In this document: positions 18,939 through 28,511 of the stretch, piece by piece
How the letters are laid out: each line of letters opens with the position of its first letter
Position numbering within the stretch: position 1 is the first letter of the stretch
The notes under the pieces: generated by a model
Told to the model about the DNA's origin: nothing
The model's database searches: none
The model's input: only the letters and a program-made list of their open reading frames with translations
Translations under genes and position numbers: made by a program
Assembly (NCBI GenBank): GCA_965219955.1
Contig: OZ244799.1
Span: forward strand, 3,872,001-3,936,000
Length of the DNA stretch: 64,000 nucleotides
Direction of reading: 5' to 3'
Source of the DNA: a bacterium
Lineage (GTDB): Bacteria > UBA8248

Positions 18939-19249
18939 GGGAGCAAGGTATCGCGATACGGGACTGTTTGCAAGTATAACTTTCAATTTTGCACAACAGA
19001 TGTATCGCCTGCATCGATGCCGTATTGTATCCTGCCGTTGGTTCCGGTTTCGTGAAAAAGCCCTCCGGGGGGTGCGCCGGCGGGCGATTGCACGGGCGGG
19101 ACGCACGAGGGTTTCGGGGCCGCTCGCCGGGAATAGAGGATTCGATCGGCCTTGAAGGCTTCTGCGAGAACCAAAAGGAGACCGTAGGGAAGAAAAAACG
19201 GGGCACACGCCGGGGAGTCTTTTTGAAGGAAAAAGGGGAGCGCCAAGCC

Positions 19250-20386
19250 ATGAAGCGAAGCACGGAGAGAATACTCACGACCCACACGGGGAGCCTGCCG
19301 CGTCCCCGGGAGGTGGTCGATTTACTGCTGGCCCAGGAGGAGGGTGCAGCGGATTCAGGTGAGCTCGATGCCGCCGTGGCGCGCGCGATAGAGGACGTCG
19401 TGGAGAAACAGGCGGCGGCGGGCGTCGACGTGATCAACGACGGCGAGCAGGGCCGGCCCGATTACACCTCCCACGTCAAGCACAGGCTGACGGGCTACGA
19501 GGGCCCCAGTTCGCCCCCGCTCGGTACGGGCGAGGAGGGTTTCCCCGAACTGTCCGAAATACTCTCTCAATTCGCCTCGCCCTTACAGAACCGCCCGGCC
19601 TGCTCCGGCCCCGTGGACTGGAAGGACTGGCCCGCCGCCCAGGTCGACATCGAGCGCGCGAAGAGCGTCCTGGGGCGCGCCGACGTGGAAGAGGCGTTCA
19701 TGACCTCCCCCTCGCCGGGGCAGATTTCGCGCTATCTCAGGAACCTCTACTACCCGAGCGAGGAGGAATACATTTTCGCGCTCGCGGACGTGATGCGCCG
19801 CGAATACGAGGCGATTGTGGATGCGGGGCTGCTCCTGCAGCTCGACTGCCCCGACCTGGCGCTGAGCCGCCACACCGTGTTTCGCGATTTGAGCCTCGCG
19901 GATTTCCGCAAGGAAATCGAGATGCACGTCGAAGCCCTGAACCACTCGGTGCGCAACATCGCGCCGGACCGCATGCGCATGCATATCTGCTGGGGCAGCA
20001 CGCTGGGGCCGCACCATGAGGACGTTCCGATCAAGGACATCATCGACATCGTGCTCAAGGGCGCGCCCTGCGCCGTCTCGTTCCCCGGCGCGAACCCCCG
20101 CCACGGCCATGAGTGGAAGGTATGGCGCGAAGTCGATTTGCCCGAGGGCAAGAGCATCATCCCCGGCGTGATCGATTCGACGTCCAACTTCGTGGAGCAT
20201 CCCGAACTGGTGGCGGAGCGCATCGTGAACTACGCCGAGGCGGTGGGGCGCGAGAACGTCATCGCCGGCGTCGATTGCGGCTTCGGCACCTTCGCCGGCC
20301 GGGTGCAGGTGGACCGCCGCATCGTGTGGATGAAGATGGCCGCCCTCGCCGAGGGCGCAGCCCTGGCGTCCGGGCAACTCTGGTAG
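19250..20386 (+). CDS. Cobalamin-independent methionine synthase II / epoxyalkane:CoM transferase-like protein
   Basis: Single-barrel protein with motifs THTGSLPR, DGEQ, QLDCPD, HICWG and DCGFG (Zn ligands). Confidence 0.9.
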   Translation: MKRSTERILTTHTGSLPRPREVVDLLLAQEEGAADSGELDAAVARAIEDVVEKQAAAGVDVINDGEQGRPDYTSHVKHRLTGYEGPSSPPLGTGEEGFPELSEILSQFASPLQNRPACSGPVDWKDWPAAQVDIERAKSVLGRADVEEAFMTSPSPGQISRYLRNLYYPSEEEYIFALADVMRREYEAIVDAGLLLQLDCPDLALSRHTVFRDLSLADFRKEIEMHVEALNHSVRNIAPDRMRMHICWGSTLGPHHEDVPIKDIIDIVLKGAPCAVSFPGANPRHGHEWKVWREVDLPEGKSIIPGVIDSTSNFVEHPELVAERIVNYAEAVGRENVIAGVDCGFGTFAGRVQVDRRIVWMKMAALAEGAALASGQLW

Positions 20387-20699
20387 AGCGTAAAGCGTTT
20401 ATTGCGTCCAGACGGGCGCTGTTTCATTGGCCGGGAAAGGTCCATCACTCCTCTTGATTCACGCCTGCGAAGAAAAATAATGTCTCCGCCGCCGAGTCGG
20501 CGGAGAACCACGTTCGTTCTCCGTTCGAGAGCCTTTCGATAGAAAATCCCCTCCAGGAAGACACAATCCCGGAACTGCAATCCATATTGCCCTGACGGCG
20601 CTTTTTCGTTGAAAAAATGTGAAATTTTTCAAAAAATCCTCATTTTTCGTTGACAAATTCTGAAAAAGGTCTAAATATATTATTAAGAACATATGATTT

Positions 20700-20720
20700 T
20701 ATGAGTAATAACAACTCATA
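20700..20720 (+). promoter_or_regulatory. HAIR-like (HspR-type) operator upstream of hsp20
   Basis: Perfect inverted repeat TATGAGT-N7-ACTCATA; HAIR consensus is CTTGAGT-N7-ACTCAAG. Lies downstream of TTGACA at 20650. Confidence 0.65.
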
Positions 20721-20802
20721 TAATTAGAATTTTCAGCCGCTAAACATGAAAGATGGGGAAAGAAAGTCCCCGAAATCACTTTCACCACAAGGAGGATTCA
20801 CA

Positions 20803-21219
20803 ATGCCCAACCTGATGAGACCTGCTTCGATTCACGACGTATTCAACCGCTTTCTGGAAGATTCCTTCGTCAAGCCTCTCGCCGATGACGGCGAGGAAGG
20901 AATCCTGCCCGTCGACATCGCGCAAACCGATACGGAGGTCGTGGTGCGTGCTTCGCTTCCGGGGTACAGGAAAGAGGATATCGACCTGCGGATCGAGAAG
21001 GGCGTACTCTCCATCAAGGCGACGAAGCAATCGGACAAAGAAGTCGAAGACGAGAAGTTCTATCGCCGCGAACGCTTCATGGGTTCCGTGAGCCGCCGCA
21101 TCGTGCTGCCCGGCATGGTGCGGAACGACGCTTCGAGCGCGGAACTCGTCGACGGCGTCCTCACGCTTCGCGTGCCCATCGCCGAGGCGAACAAGCCGAA
21201 GCAGATTCTGATCCAGTAA
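20803..21219 (+). CDS. Small heat-shock protein (Hsp20/alpha-crystallin)
   Basis: Motifs PVDI, LPG..KEDI, ER..G..SR.I.LP and A.LVDGVL; AGGAGG RBS. Confidence 0.95.
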   Translation: MPNLMRPASIHDVFNRFLEDSFVKPLADDGEEGILPVDIAQTDTEVVVRASLPGYRKEDIDLRIEKGVLSIKATKQSDKEVEDEKFYRRERFMGSVSRRIVLPGMVRNDASSAELVDGVLTLRVPIAEANKPKQILIQ

Positions 21220-21233
21220 GCGAACCATCGAAC

Positions 21234-21262
21234 CCGGCCCCCGGCGTTGCGTCGGGGGCCGG
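21234..21262 (+). terminator. Hairpin after hsp20
   Basis: CCGGCCCCCGGC-loop-GTCGGGGGCCGG. Confidence 0.55.
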
Positions 21263-21388
21263 AGCGTTTGAACGCTCCCCACTCCCCGTATTTCTAAGAG
21301 TAAACCCTGGATTATCGTCAGGTATCTTGAGAACGCCGGTTCAGCCCGGGTCGCTTTCGGTGAAAGTCGGTTGTTTCCGATTCGATAC

Positions 21389-21676
21389 GGGGCTGTTGAA
21401 GAAGGCCCATGGATCGATTTTAGTTGAGCGCACGCTTTTGAAGTTCACTCCCCCCTTGAGGGGGAGTCGATGAGCTAAGGGCGTAAGCCCGCAAGCGAAT
21501 CGGTGGGGGGTATAATTCGGAATGGCGATAAAACGCATTTTACCCCCCACCGAATCGGCCTTCGCACAAACCACTCGGCCTCTTCGACTCCCCCTCAAGG
21601 GGGGAGTTGATTTGGAGCTCTCTTTGGTGGAGAGAGATCGCCGCAGGTGACGTGCACCGGCTTTTTCAACCGTCCC
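21389..21676. mobile_element. Family B TIR element containing a family A copy
   Basis: Ends GGGGCTGTTGAAGAAGG and GCTTTTTCAACCGTCCC, flanked by GATAC at 21384-21388 and 21677-21681. Confidence 0.8.
21445..21607. repeat. Family A hairpin-ended element (shorter variant)
   Basis: TCACTCCCCCCTTGAGGGGGAGT...ACTCCCCCTCAAGGGGGGAGT with the shared internal sequence. Confidence 0.88.
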
Positions 21677-21726
21677 GATACCTCATGAGTGGTACGGTCG
21701 ATGCTACCTGCTCGATGGCGCCGGTT

Positions 21727-23115
21727 TTACGCCCCCGCCGCGGTGAGGCGGATGAGTTTTTCCGCCTTCTCTTGCGCCTCGAGGGCGCGGCAGGTTTCGA
21801 TGATTACCCTGTAGCGCGGCTCAGGTATCGGCAAACCGGGGGCGATGCCGCAGATGCGGTTCGCCAGCTCATCGAAGCTGAAGATGAACTCCCGCCCGGT
21901 GGCCTGTCTGGTGAAGACGCCGCGCTCTTTCGTGTGGATGCTCACCCTGGGGGCGAAAAGCCCCATTTCGCGGGAGGGGATGATGCGCACGCGCTCCATC
22001 ATGTCGTGCACCCCGGGCGGGTCGTTCTCGCCAGGCGGGTCGTTCAAGAGCGGATAGCCGCGCTTCACGACACCGTAGGCCGCATAGTAGTGCGTGCCGC
22101 CCACGCGGGGCGCGCCGTCCTCGCGGCGGTTCGGGAAAGCGGGGCTCGGGTACTGCGTCTCCAGCCAGTTCACGAGCGTCTCCACGCGCTCGACCTCCTC
22201 GATGCGGATGTCGTTCTCCTCGCAGAGGCTCGCCGTCACGTCGATGTGGGCCAGGTTGTAGCCCGAGGTGGAGTAGATGCGGAACAGCGTTTCGAGGAAC
22301 AGCCACTCCTCCCCCAGTCCCTCGGTGATGTTGTCCAGGGTCGTCCTCGCATCGCCCGTGAAGCTGTAGGTGAGTCGGCCCTCGTTGTTTCCCGTGTAGG
22401 CGTGGTAGAAGCCCGCTTCACCCTCGAGCACCGTCTCCCCGCCGGCGTGGCCCCGCTCGGCCAGCGCCGCCGCGAGGAGGGCGTTTCGCACGGCGCCGCC
22501 TTCCCTGAGCGCCTGCCCCCCGCTGCGCGGGCCTTCGAGGTTTCCGCTCGCGAGGCTCGCGCAGAGCGCAACCGCGCTGTTCATCTGATCCTCGCTCAAG
22601 CCCATGATCTTCGCGGCGGCGACGGCGGCCCCGAAAATCCCGAAGACGGGCCCCGCATGAAAACCGCGCGACATCACCGTAGGGATGAAGTCCGACGCGA
22701 GGCGCTCCATGACCTCATAGCCTGTGGCGACGCCCGTCAGGAAATCTCTGCCTGATGCGCCCCGCGACTCCGCAGCAGCGAGGGCGGCGGGCACGATGCT
22801 GGTTCCCGGATGGGTGAGCATACGGAAGGTGTCCCACTTGCCGCCCGCCAGGGCCATCTCGGAATTCGCAAAGGCGGCGCCTCCTGTCGTCGCCCCGGCT
22901 CCGCTCACCATGATGGTCGCGCCGCCTTGGACGCCCGCTTCTTCTTCTGTGATGAGGGCGACGGCCCTGCGCCCGTCTTCGGTTTGAGAACCCAGAAGAG
23001 CGGAGCCGATGGCTTGTAAGGTAACGCCCTTGGCGCGGTCGACGACTTCAGGCGGCAGATCCTCGAAGCGAAGCCCCGCCGCCCACCTTGCGAGCCTGCG
23101 GCTTAAGGACGCCAT
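21727..23115 (-). CDS. MmgE/PrpD family protein
   Basis: Motifs LARWAAGLRFEDLP, AAFAN, HPG, GYEV, RGFH and LEG..GFY. Confidence 0.9.
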   Translation of the reverse strand: MASLSRRLARWAAGLRFEDLPPEVVDRAKGVTLQAIGSALLGSQTEDGRRAVALITEEEAGVQGGATIMVSGAGATTGGAAFANSEMALAGGKWDTFRMLTHPGTSIVPAALAAAESRGASGRDFLTGVATGYEVMERLASDFIPTVMSRGFHAGPVFGIFGAAVAAAKIMGLSEDQMNSAVALCASLASGNLEGPRSGGQALREGGAVRNALLAAALAERGHAGGETVLEGEAGFYHAYTGNNEGRLTYSFTGDARTTLDNITEGLGEEWLFLETLFRIYSTSGYNLAHIDVTASLCEENDIRIEEVERVETLVNWLETQYPSPAFPNRREDGAPRVGGTHYYAAYGVVKRGYPLLNDPPGENDPPGVHDMMERVRIIPSREMGLFAPRVSIHTKERGVFTRQATGREFIFSFDELANRICGIAPGLPIPEPRYRVIIETCRALEAQEKAEKLIRLTAAGA

Positions 23116-23220
23116 GTCGGGGGCCTCCGTGGTGGTGCGGGGCGCATCCCGTGAATGAGTGCTCGCCCGGCCTGCGAGGGGTTGATGGGGGGAATTCTGG
23201 TCATGAAATGGCGGATCCTC

Positions 23221-23258
23221 GAAACATGGGTGAAACAAAACAGAAACGACAATTTAAC
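23221..23258 (+). promoter_or_regulatory. Phased direct repeats (GlnR-box/OmpR-type site) upstream of urtA
   Basis: GAAAC-N6-GAAAC-N6-GAAAC-N6-TTAAC with an 11-bp period. Confidence 0.5.
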
Positions 23259-23389
23259 CGAACCGCAAGAATCCCGTAAAGAAACCCCTCTATATTTCCA
23301 TCCTGTCATCGAAGATTTCCTGTGTTCATTTTGTTTTCAGGCCGGACGAGGCGGCCGCTTTGCAGAGATAAGAAGGGGAGATTGAAAGA

Positions 23390-24718
23390 ATGAAGAGCAA
23401 GAAAAAGTCGATCGGAGCAGAAAAGCTGTCCCGCAGGAGGTTCCTGAAGAAGGCGGGAGTGATGGGGCTCGGCGCGGCGGCCATGAGTACGCTTCCGTTC
23501 CCGAACGTGATTCGGGCGGCCGAGCCCGTCAAGATCGGGGTTCTGCACTCTCTGAGCGGAACCATGGCGATCAGCGAGGTTTCGCTGCGCGACGTGGTCC
23601 TGATGGCCGTGGAGGAGATCAACGCGGCGGGCGGCGTGATGAAGCGCCCCATCAAGCCCGTGGTCGTCGACCCGGCGTCTGACGGGGATTTGTTCGCCGA
23701 GAAGGCGAAGCAGCTTCTCCTGAAAGACAAGGTGGACGTGACCTTCGGCTGCTGGACGTCGGTGAGCCGCAAATCCGTCCTTCCCGTGTACGAGAAGAAC
23801 AACGGCCTTCTCTTCTATCCGGTGCAGTACGAGGGCGAGGAGTGCTCGAAGAACGTCTTCTACACGGGCGCGACGCCGAACCAGCAGTTGATTCCGGCGG
23901 CGGACTACATGATGAGCGAGGACGGCGGCGGGTTCAAGAAGTTCTACCTGCTCGGCACCGACTACGTGTTCCCGCGCACGGCGAACAAGATCCTCCGGGC
24001 CTTCCTGCTGGCGAAAGGCGTGCCGGCTGCGAACATCATGGAAGAGTACACGCCCTTCCACCACCAGGATTACCAGACCATCGTCGGCAAGGTGAAATCG
24101 TTCGCCTCGGGCGGCGACGCCGCCGTGCTCAGCACCATCAACGGCGACAGCAACGTGCCCTTCTACAAGGAGTTCGCGAACCAGGGCCTGCGCTCCGAAG
24201 ACGTGCCCATCATGGCGTTCAGCGTGGCGGAAGACGAGCTTCGCGGCATGGATTCGAAATCGCTCGTCGGGCACCTGGCGGCCTGGAACTACTACCAGTC
24301 GATCGACACGCCGCAGAACAAGAAGTTCGTCAAGAACTTCAAGACCTACTGCAAGAAAAAGGGCCTGCCGGGCGGCGCGAGCCGCGTGACGGACGACCCC
24401 ATTGAGGCGGCCTATCTCGGCGTCTACATCTGGAAGCAGGCGGTGGAGAAAGCGGGCACCACGAAGGTGGACGCCGTCCGCAAGGCGGCTTACGGGATGG
24501 GCTTCGAGGCGCCGGGCGGATTCAAGAAGATCGACGAGAAGAACCACCACCTGCACAAGCCCGTGCTCATCGGCGAAATCCTCAAGAACGGGCAATTCGA
24601 AATCGTCTCGCAGACGAAGGGCCTCGTGGCGCCCGAACCCTGGAGCAAGTACACGAGTCCGGACAAGAGCTGTGACTGGGTAAATCACCAGGGAACATAC
24701 AAGAAGACGACGACCTAG
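23390..24718 (+). CDS. urtA: Urea ABC transporter substrate-binding protein (Tat signal)
   Basis: Tat motif SRRRFLK; motifs LHSLSGTMAISE, FGCWTSVSRKSVLP, YPVQYEG and GTDYVFPRT. Confidence 0.96.
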   Translation: MKSKKKSIGAEKLSRRRFLKKAGVMGLGAAAMSTLPFPNVIRAAEPVKIGVLHSLSGTMAISEVSLRDVVLMAVEEINAAGGVMKRPIKPVVVDPASDGDLFAEKAKQLLLKDKVDVTFGCWTSVSRKSVLPVYEKNNGLLFYPVQYEGEECSKNVFYTGATPNQQLIPAADYMMSEDGGGFKKFYLLGTDYVFPRTANKILRAFLLAKGVPAANIMEEYTPFHHQDYQTIVGKVKSFASGGDAAVLSTINGDSNVPFYKEFANQGLRSEDVPIMAFSVAEDELRGMDSKSLVGHLAAWNYYQSIDTPQNKKFVKNFKTYCKKKGLPGGASRVTDDPIEAAYLGVYIWKQAVEKAGTTKVDAVRKAAYGMGFEAPGGFKKIDEKNHHLHKPVLIGEILKNGQFEIVSQTKGLVAPEPWSKYTSPDKSCDWVNHQGTYKKTTT

Positions 24719-24830
24719 TCGCAAGAACCGCCCGGGGGGAGCCGGCTTCGGCTCCCCCATGGGCGGCCCAAATGAAAAACATGTGAATCGCAAATACCGG
24801 CGATGTGCCAAATACGGCGAAGGAGGGGGT

Positions 24831-26561
24831 ATGCAGCAAGCCGGCATCAGGGCGATTCCGCGTGGAGCGTCGGCGAGGTCACTCATATCTCGCGTCCTTA
24901 TTCTGGTATTCGCGCTCGGCTTTGGTTTTGCCGCAAGGGGAGAAGCGCGAACCGAATCGTTTTCACCGGCTATCCAGGCGGAAATCGCACAGTTGGGATC
25001 GAAGAATCGAAAGAAAAGAAGACGCGCTGCCCTCGGTATCGCGAAGCGCCTCGAGCCAAAGCTGCTACCCCTTCTTTTGGCGCTTCGCGAGGGCAGCCTT
25101 TATCGCTGGAAGCCTGAATCGGGCGAGCCCCGGTTCGTCATCGGCGGGGACGCCGTGACGCGCGGGGAGGTGGAATACGTCCCTCTTTTCTCGATTCACG
25201 GGAAAAAGCGGCTCACCTCCGCAGACGGGAAACCCCTTTTCGTTCCCGATGGAAAACTCAACAAAATCCGCGCCGGCAGAAGAATCCGCCGCGCTATCAA
25301 ACCCTATCTGAACCAGCTTCAAAGCTCGGCGCAGCTCCATTCCGCCGACCCGAACGTGCGCCGCGCCGCTGCGACGCGGATGGCGCGGGTGGGGGACAAG
25401 AACCTCATCCCGCTGCTCGACAAGGTCCTCGAGAACGAGACCCACTGGCTGGGCCGCCATGCGCTCATCGAGGCGAAGGCGCTGATCCGGCTCAAGTCGC
25501 CGAACCCCGAGGAGAGGCGTTCTGCCGCCGCCGCGCTCGGCGAGATCCACGGGCTGAACGCCGTCTCGGTGCTCCAGCGCCTGGCGGAAAAAGATGCGGA
25601 CGCTTCCGTGCGCGCGGCGGCGAGCGAGGCCATCGGGGAGATCGAGAGCTACCAGAGCTGGACGGCGATGATCGACACCCTGTTCCGGGGCATGAGCCTG
25701 GGCTCCATCCTGTTGCTGATGGCGCTGGGGCTGGCCATCGTCTTCGGCCTCATGGGCGTCATCAACATGGCGCACGGGGAGTTGATGATGCTCGGCGCCT
25801 ACGCCACCTTCATCATCCAGGGCGTTTTCATCTCCTATCTGCCGCAAAGCTACTTCGGCTGGTATTTCATACTGGCGCTACCCGTCGCGTTCCTGGCCTC
25901 GGCCCTGATGGGCTTTCTGATGGAGGTTTCCATCATCCGCTATCTGTACGGCCGGCCGCTGGAGACGCTGCTGACCACCTGGGGGATCAGCCTGATCCTC
26001 CAGCAAGCCGTCCGCCAGGTGTTCGGCGCGCAGAACGTGGACGTGAAGTCCCCCGAATGGCTGAGCGGGGGGTATCACCTGATGGTCGGCGTCCAGTTTC
26101 CCTACAACCGCATGTTCATCATCGCGCTGGCCGTCTTCTGCGTGGCGGGCACGTACCTGTTCCTCTTCCGCACGCGGGCGGGCCTGCGGATTCGCGCCGT
26201 CACCCAGAACCGGGGCATGAGCACCTGCCTGGGCGTTCCCTCCCGCCGCGTGGACGCGGGCACGTTCGCGTTCGGCGCCGGGCTGGCGGGCATGGCGGGC
26301 GCGGCCCTGAGCCAGGTCGGGAACGTGGGTCCTGCTCTGGGACAGAACTACATCGTGGATTCGTTCATGGTGGTGGTGACGGGCGGCGTGGGCAAGATTC
26401 TGGGAACCATCGTGGCGGGCTTCGGCATCGGCGGCATGAACAAGATGCTCGAGCCGGCGATGGGCGCGGTGTTCGGCAAGGTGGTGATCCTGGTTCTGGT
26501 GATCCTCTTCCTGCAGAGAAGGCCGGAGGGGCTGTTCGCCATCCGCACGAGAGGGGCTTGA
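24831..26561 (+). CDS. urtB: Urea ABC permease with an N-terminal HEAT-like domain
   Basis: Motifs FGLMGVINMAHGE, LYGRPLETLL and YIVDSFMVVV.GGVG. Confidence 0.93.
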   Translation: MQQAGIRAIPRGASARSLISRVLILVFALGFGFAARGEARTESFSPAIQAEIAQLGSKNRKKRRRAALGIAKRLEPKLLPLLLALREGSLYRWKPESGEPRFVIGGDAVTRGEVEYVPLFSIHGKKRLTSADGKPLFVPDGKLNKIRAGRRIRRAIKPYLNQLQSSAQLHSADPNVRRAAATRMARVGDKNLIPLLDKVLENETHWLGRHALIEAKALIRLKSPNPEERRSAAAALGEIHGLNAVSVLQRLAEKDADASVRAAASEAIGEIESYQSWTAMIDTLFRGMSLGSILLLMALGLAIVFGLMGVINMAHGELMMLGAYATFIIQGVFISYLPQSYFGWYFILALPVAFLASALMGFLMEVSIIRYLYGRPLETLLTTWGISLILQQAVRQVFGAQNVDVKSPEWLSGGYHLMVGVQFPYNRMFIIALAVFCVAGTYLFLFRTRAGLRIRAVTQNRGMSTCLGVPSRRVDAGTFAFGAGLAGMAGAALSQVGNVGPALGQNYIVDSFMVVVTGGVGKILGTIVAGFGIGGMNKMLEPAMGAVFGKVVILVLVILFLQRRPEGLFAIRTRGA

Positions 26562-26567
26562 GACGCG

Positions 26568-27734
26568 ATGCCGGGTGAAACTTTGGTGGACAGGATGGAG
26601 AAGAAAGTCGGCGGCGTCGTTCTCGTGCTCGCGGCGCTGTGGTTCATCGTCGCGATGCCCTCGCTGAACGCCTTCGGGACGCCGGGGTCGTTTTTCCACG
26701 TTTCTGATTTCACGCTCAACCTGTTCGGAAAGTTCCTGGCCTACGCCATCCTGGCGCTGGGCCTCGACCTGATATGGGGCTACACCGGCATCCTGAGCAT
26801 GGGCCACGGCGTGTTCTTCGGCCTGGGCGCTTATTGCATGGGGATGTACCTGACGCTCGAGATCGGCGGCGAGGGGGTCTACCAGAGCAAGCTGCCCGAC
26901 TTCATGGTCTGGAACCGGGTGAAGGAGCTGCCGCTTTTCTGGAAGCCGTTCCACTCGTTCTTCTTCACCACGCTCGCCGTCGCGGTGGTGCCAGGCTTAC
27001 TGGCGGCCGTCTTCGGCTTCCTCGCCTTCAGAACGCGGGTGCGCGGGGTGTACTTCGCCATCATCACGCAGGCGCTGGCGCTCTCCGCCTGGCTCGTCTT
27101 CAACCGCAACGAGATAAATCTTGGCGGAACGAACGGCCTCACCAACTTCAAGAAAATCCTGGGCTTCACGCTCACCGAGGCGTCCACGCAGCGGGGGCTG
27201 TACGTCGCAACCGCGCTCGCGCTTTGCGGCGCGTACCTGCTCTGCCGCTGGATAGTGAAATCACGCGCCGGGAAGATTCTGCTCGCGATTCGCGACGCTG
27301 AGAACCGCGTGCTCTACTCGGGCTATACGCCCGCGAACTACAAGGTGTTCGTCTTCACCGTATCCGCCATGCTGGCGGGGGTCGCGGGCGCGCTGTACGT
27401 CCCCCAGGTGGGCATCATCACCCCCGGGCGGATCGGCGTGCTGCCCTCCATCGAGATGGTCATCTGGGTGGCGGTCGGAGGACGCGGGTCGCTCATCGGC
27501 GCCGTCATCGGCGCTGTCGGGGTGAACTGGGCGCGCAGCTACCTCACGTCGAGTTATCCGGATTACTGGCTCTATTTCCTGGGCGGCATATTCGTCCTCG
27601 TGGTCCAGTTCTTCCCGGACGGCATCCTCGGCGTGGCGCGCGACGCGCCCCGGAAGCTTGAGAAGTGGGTCCGCCGCACGACGCGCCCGGCGGCGGGGGA
27701 TGAGGCGTTCGCGCCTGTGCGCAGCGAGGGCTAG
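26568..27734 (+). CDS. urtC: Urea ABC permease
   Basis: Motifs DLIWGYTGILS.GHG, LPDFM.W, GVYFAIITQA and WVAVGGRG. Confidence 0.95.
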   Translation: MPGETLVDRMEKKVGGVVLVLAALWFIVAMPSLNAFGTPGSFFHVSDFTLNLFGKFLAYAILALGLDLIWGYTGILSMGHGVFFGLGAYCMGMYLTLEIGGEGVYQSKLPDFMVWNRVKELPLFWKPFHSFFFTTLAVAVVPGLLAAVFGFLAFRTRVRGVYFAIITQALALSAWLVFNRNEINLGGTNGLTNFKKILGFTLTEASTQRGLYVATALALCGAYLLCRWIVKSRAGKILLAIRDAENRVLYSGYTPANYKVFVFTVSAMLAGVAGALYVPQVGIITPGRIGVLPSIEMVIWVAVGGRGSLIGAVIGAVGVNWARSYLTSSYPDYWLYFLGGIFVLVVQFFPDGILGVARDAPRKLEKWVRRTTRPAAGDEAFAPVRSEG

Positions 27735-27743
27735 GGGGAAAGC

Positions 27744-28511
27744 ATGACGCTGACGTCTAAAAGCATACTCTACATGGAGGACGTGTTCGTCGTCTTCGAC
27801 GGCTTCAAGGCGCTGAACGCGCTCAACTTCAGCATGGACAGGGGGGAGCTTCGCTGCGTCATCGGCCCGAACGGCGCGGGGAAAACCACGCTTTTGGACG
27901 TCGTGACCGGCAAGGTGAAGCCCGATTCCGGGCGGGTGGTCTTCAAGGAGAAAACCAACCTCGCGCGGATGCGCCAGGAGGAGATATCGAACGCAGGCAT
28001 CGGCAGGAAATTCCAGACGCCGACGATTTACGAGAACCTGACGGTGCGCGACAATCTCGAACTCTCCGTGAAGCAGGACAAGAAGGTGACCTCGCTACTT
28101 TTCGGCGGGGCTACGCCCGAGGCGCGCGAGCGGGTCGAGGAGACGCTCGACGTCATCGGCCTCGCGTCCAAGAGCGGCTGGCGGGCCGGTCTGCTCGCCC
28201 ACGGCGAGAAGCAGTGGCTCGAAATCGGCATGGTGGTGGTGCAGGACCCCGATCTTCTGCTCGTCGATGAGCCTGTGGCGGGCATGACGGAGGGAGAGAC
28301 GGAGAAGACGGCGGCGCTGTTAAGGCGCATCGCCGAGCACCGCTCGGTCCTCGTCATCGAACACGACATGAAGTTCGTGCGCGAGATCGCCGAGCGCGTC
28401 ACCGTGCTGCACGAGGGCGCCGTGATTTGCGAGGGCTCCATCGACCACGTGCACAAGGACGAGCGGGTGGTCGAACTCTATCTTGGAAGGGGAAGCGAGG
28501 AACATGCTTAG
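27744..28511 (+). CDS. urtD: Urea ABC ATPase
   Basis: Motifs FDGFKAL, GIGRKFQ.P and HGEKQWLEIGM. Confidence 0.95.
   Translation: MTLTSKSILYMEDVFVVFDGFKALNALNFSMDRGELRCVIGPNGAGKTTLLDVVTGKVKPDSGRVVFKEKTNLARMRQEEISNAGIGRKFQTPTIYENLTVRDNLELSVKQDKKVTSLLFGGATPEARERVEETLDVIGLASKSGWRAGLLAHGEKQWLEIGMVVVQDPDLLLVDEPVAGMTEGETEKTAALLRRIAEHRSVLVIEHDMKFVREIAERVTVLHEGAVICEGSIDHVHKDERVVELYLGRGSEEHA

Noticed and set aside
21511-21516. Portable promoter in family A (TATAAT)
   Set aside because: No acceptable -35 hexamer at 17 bp, and the hexamer is altered in the copy at 60672.
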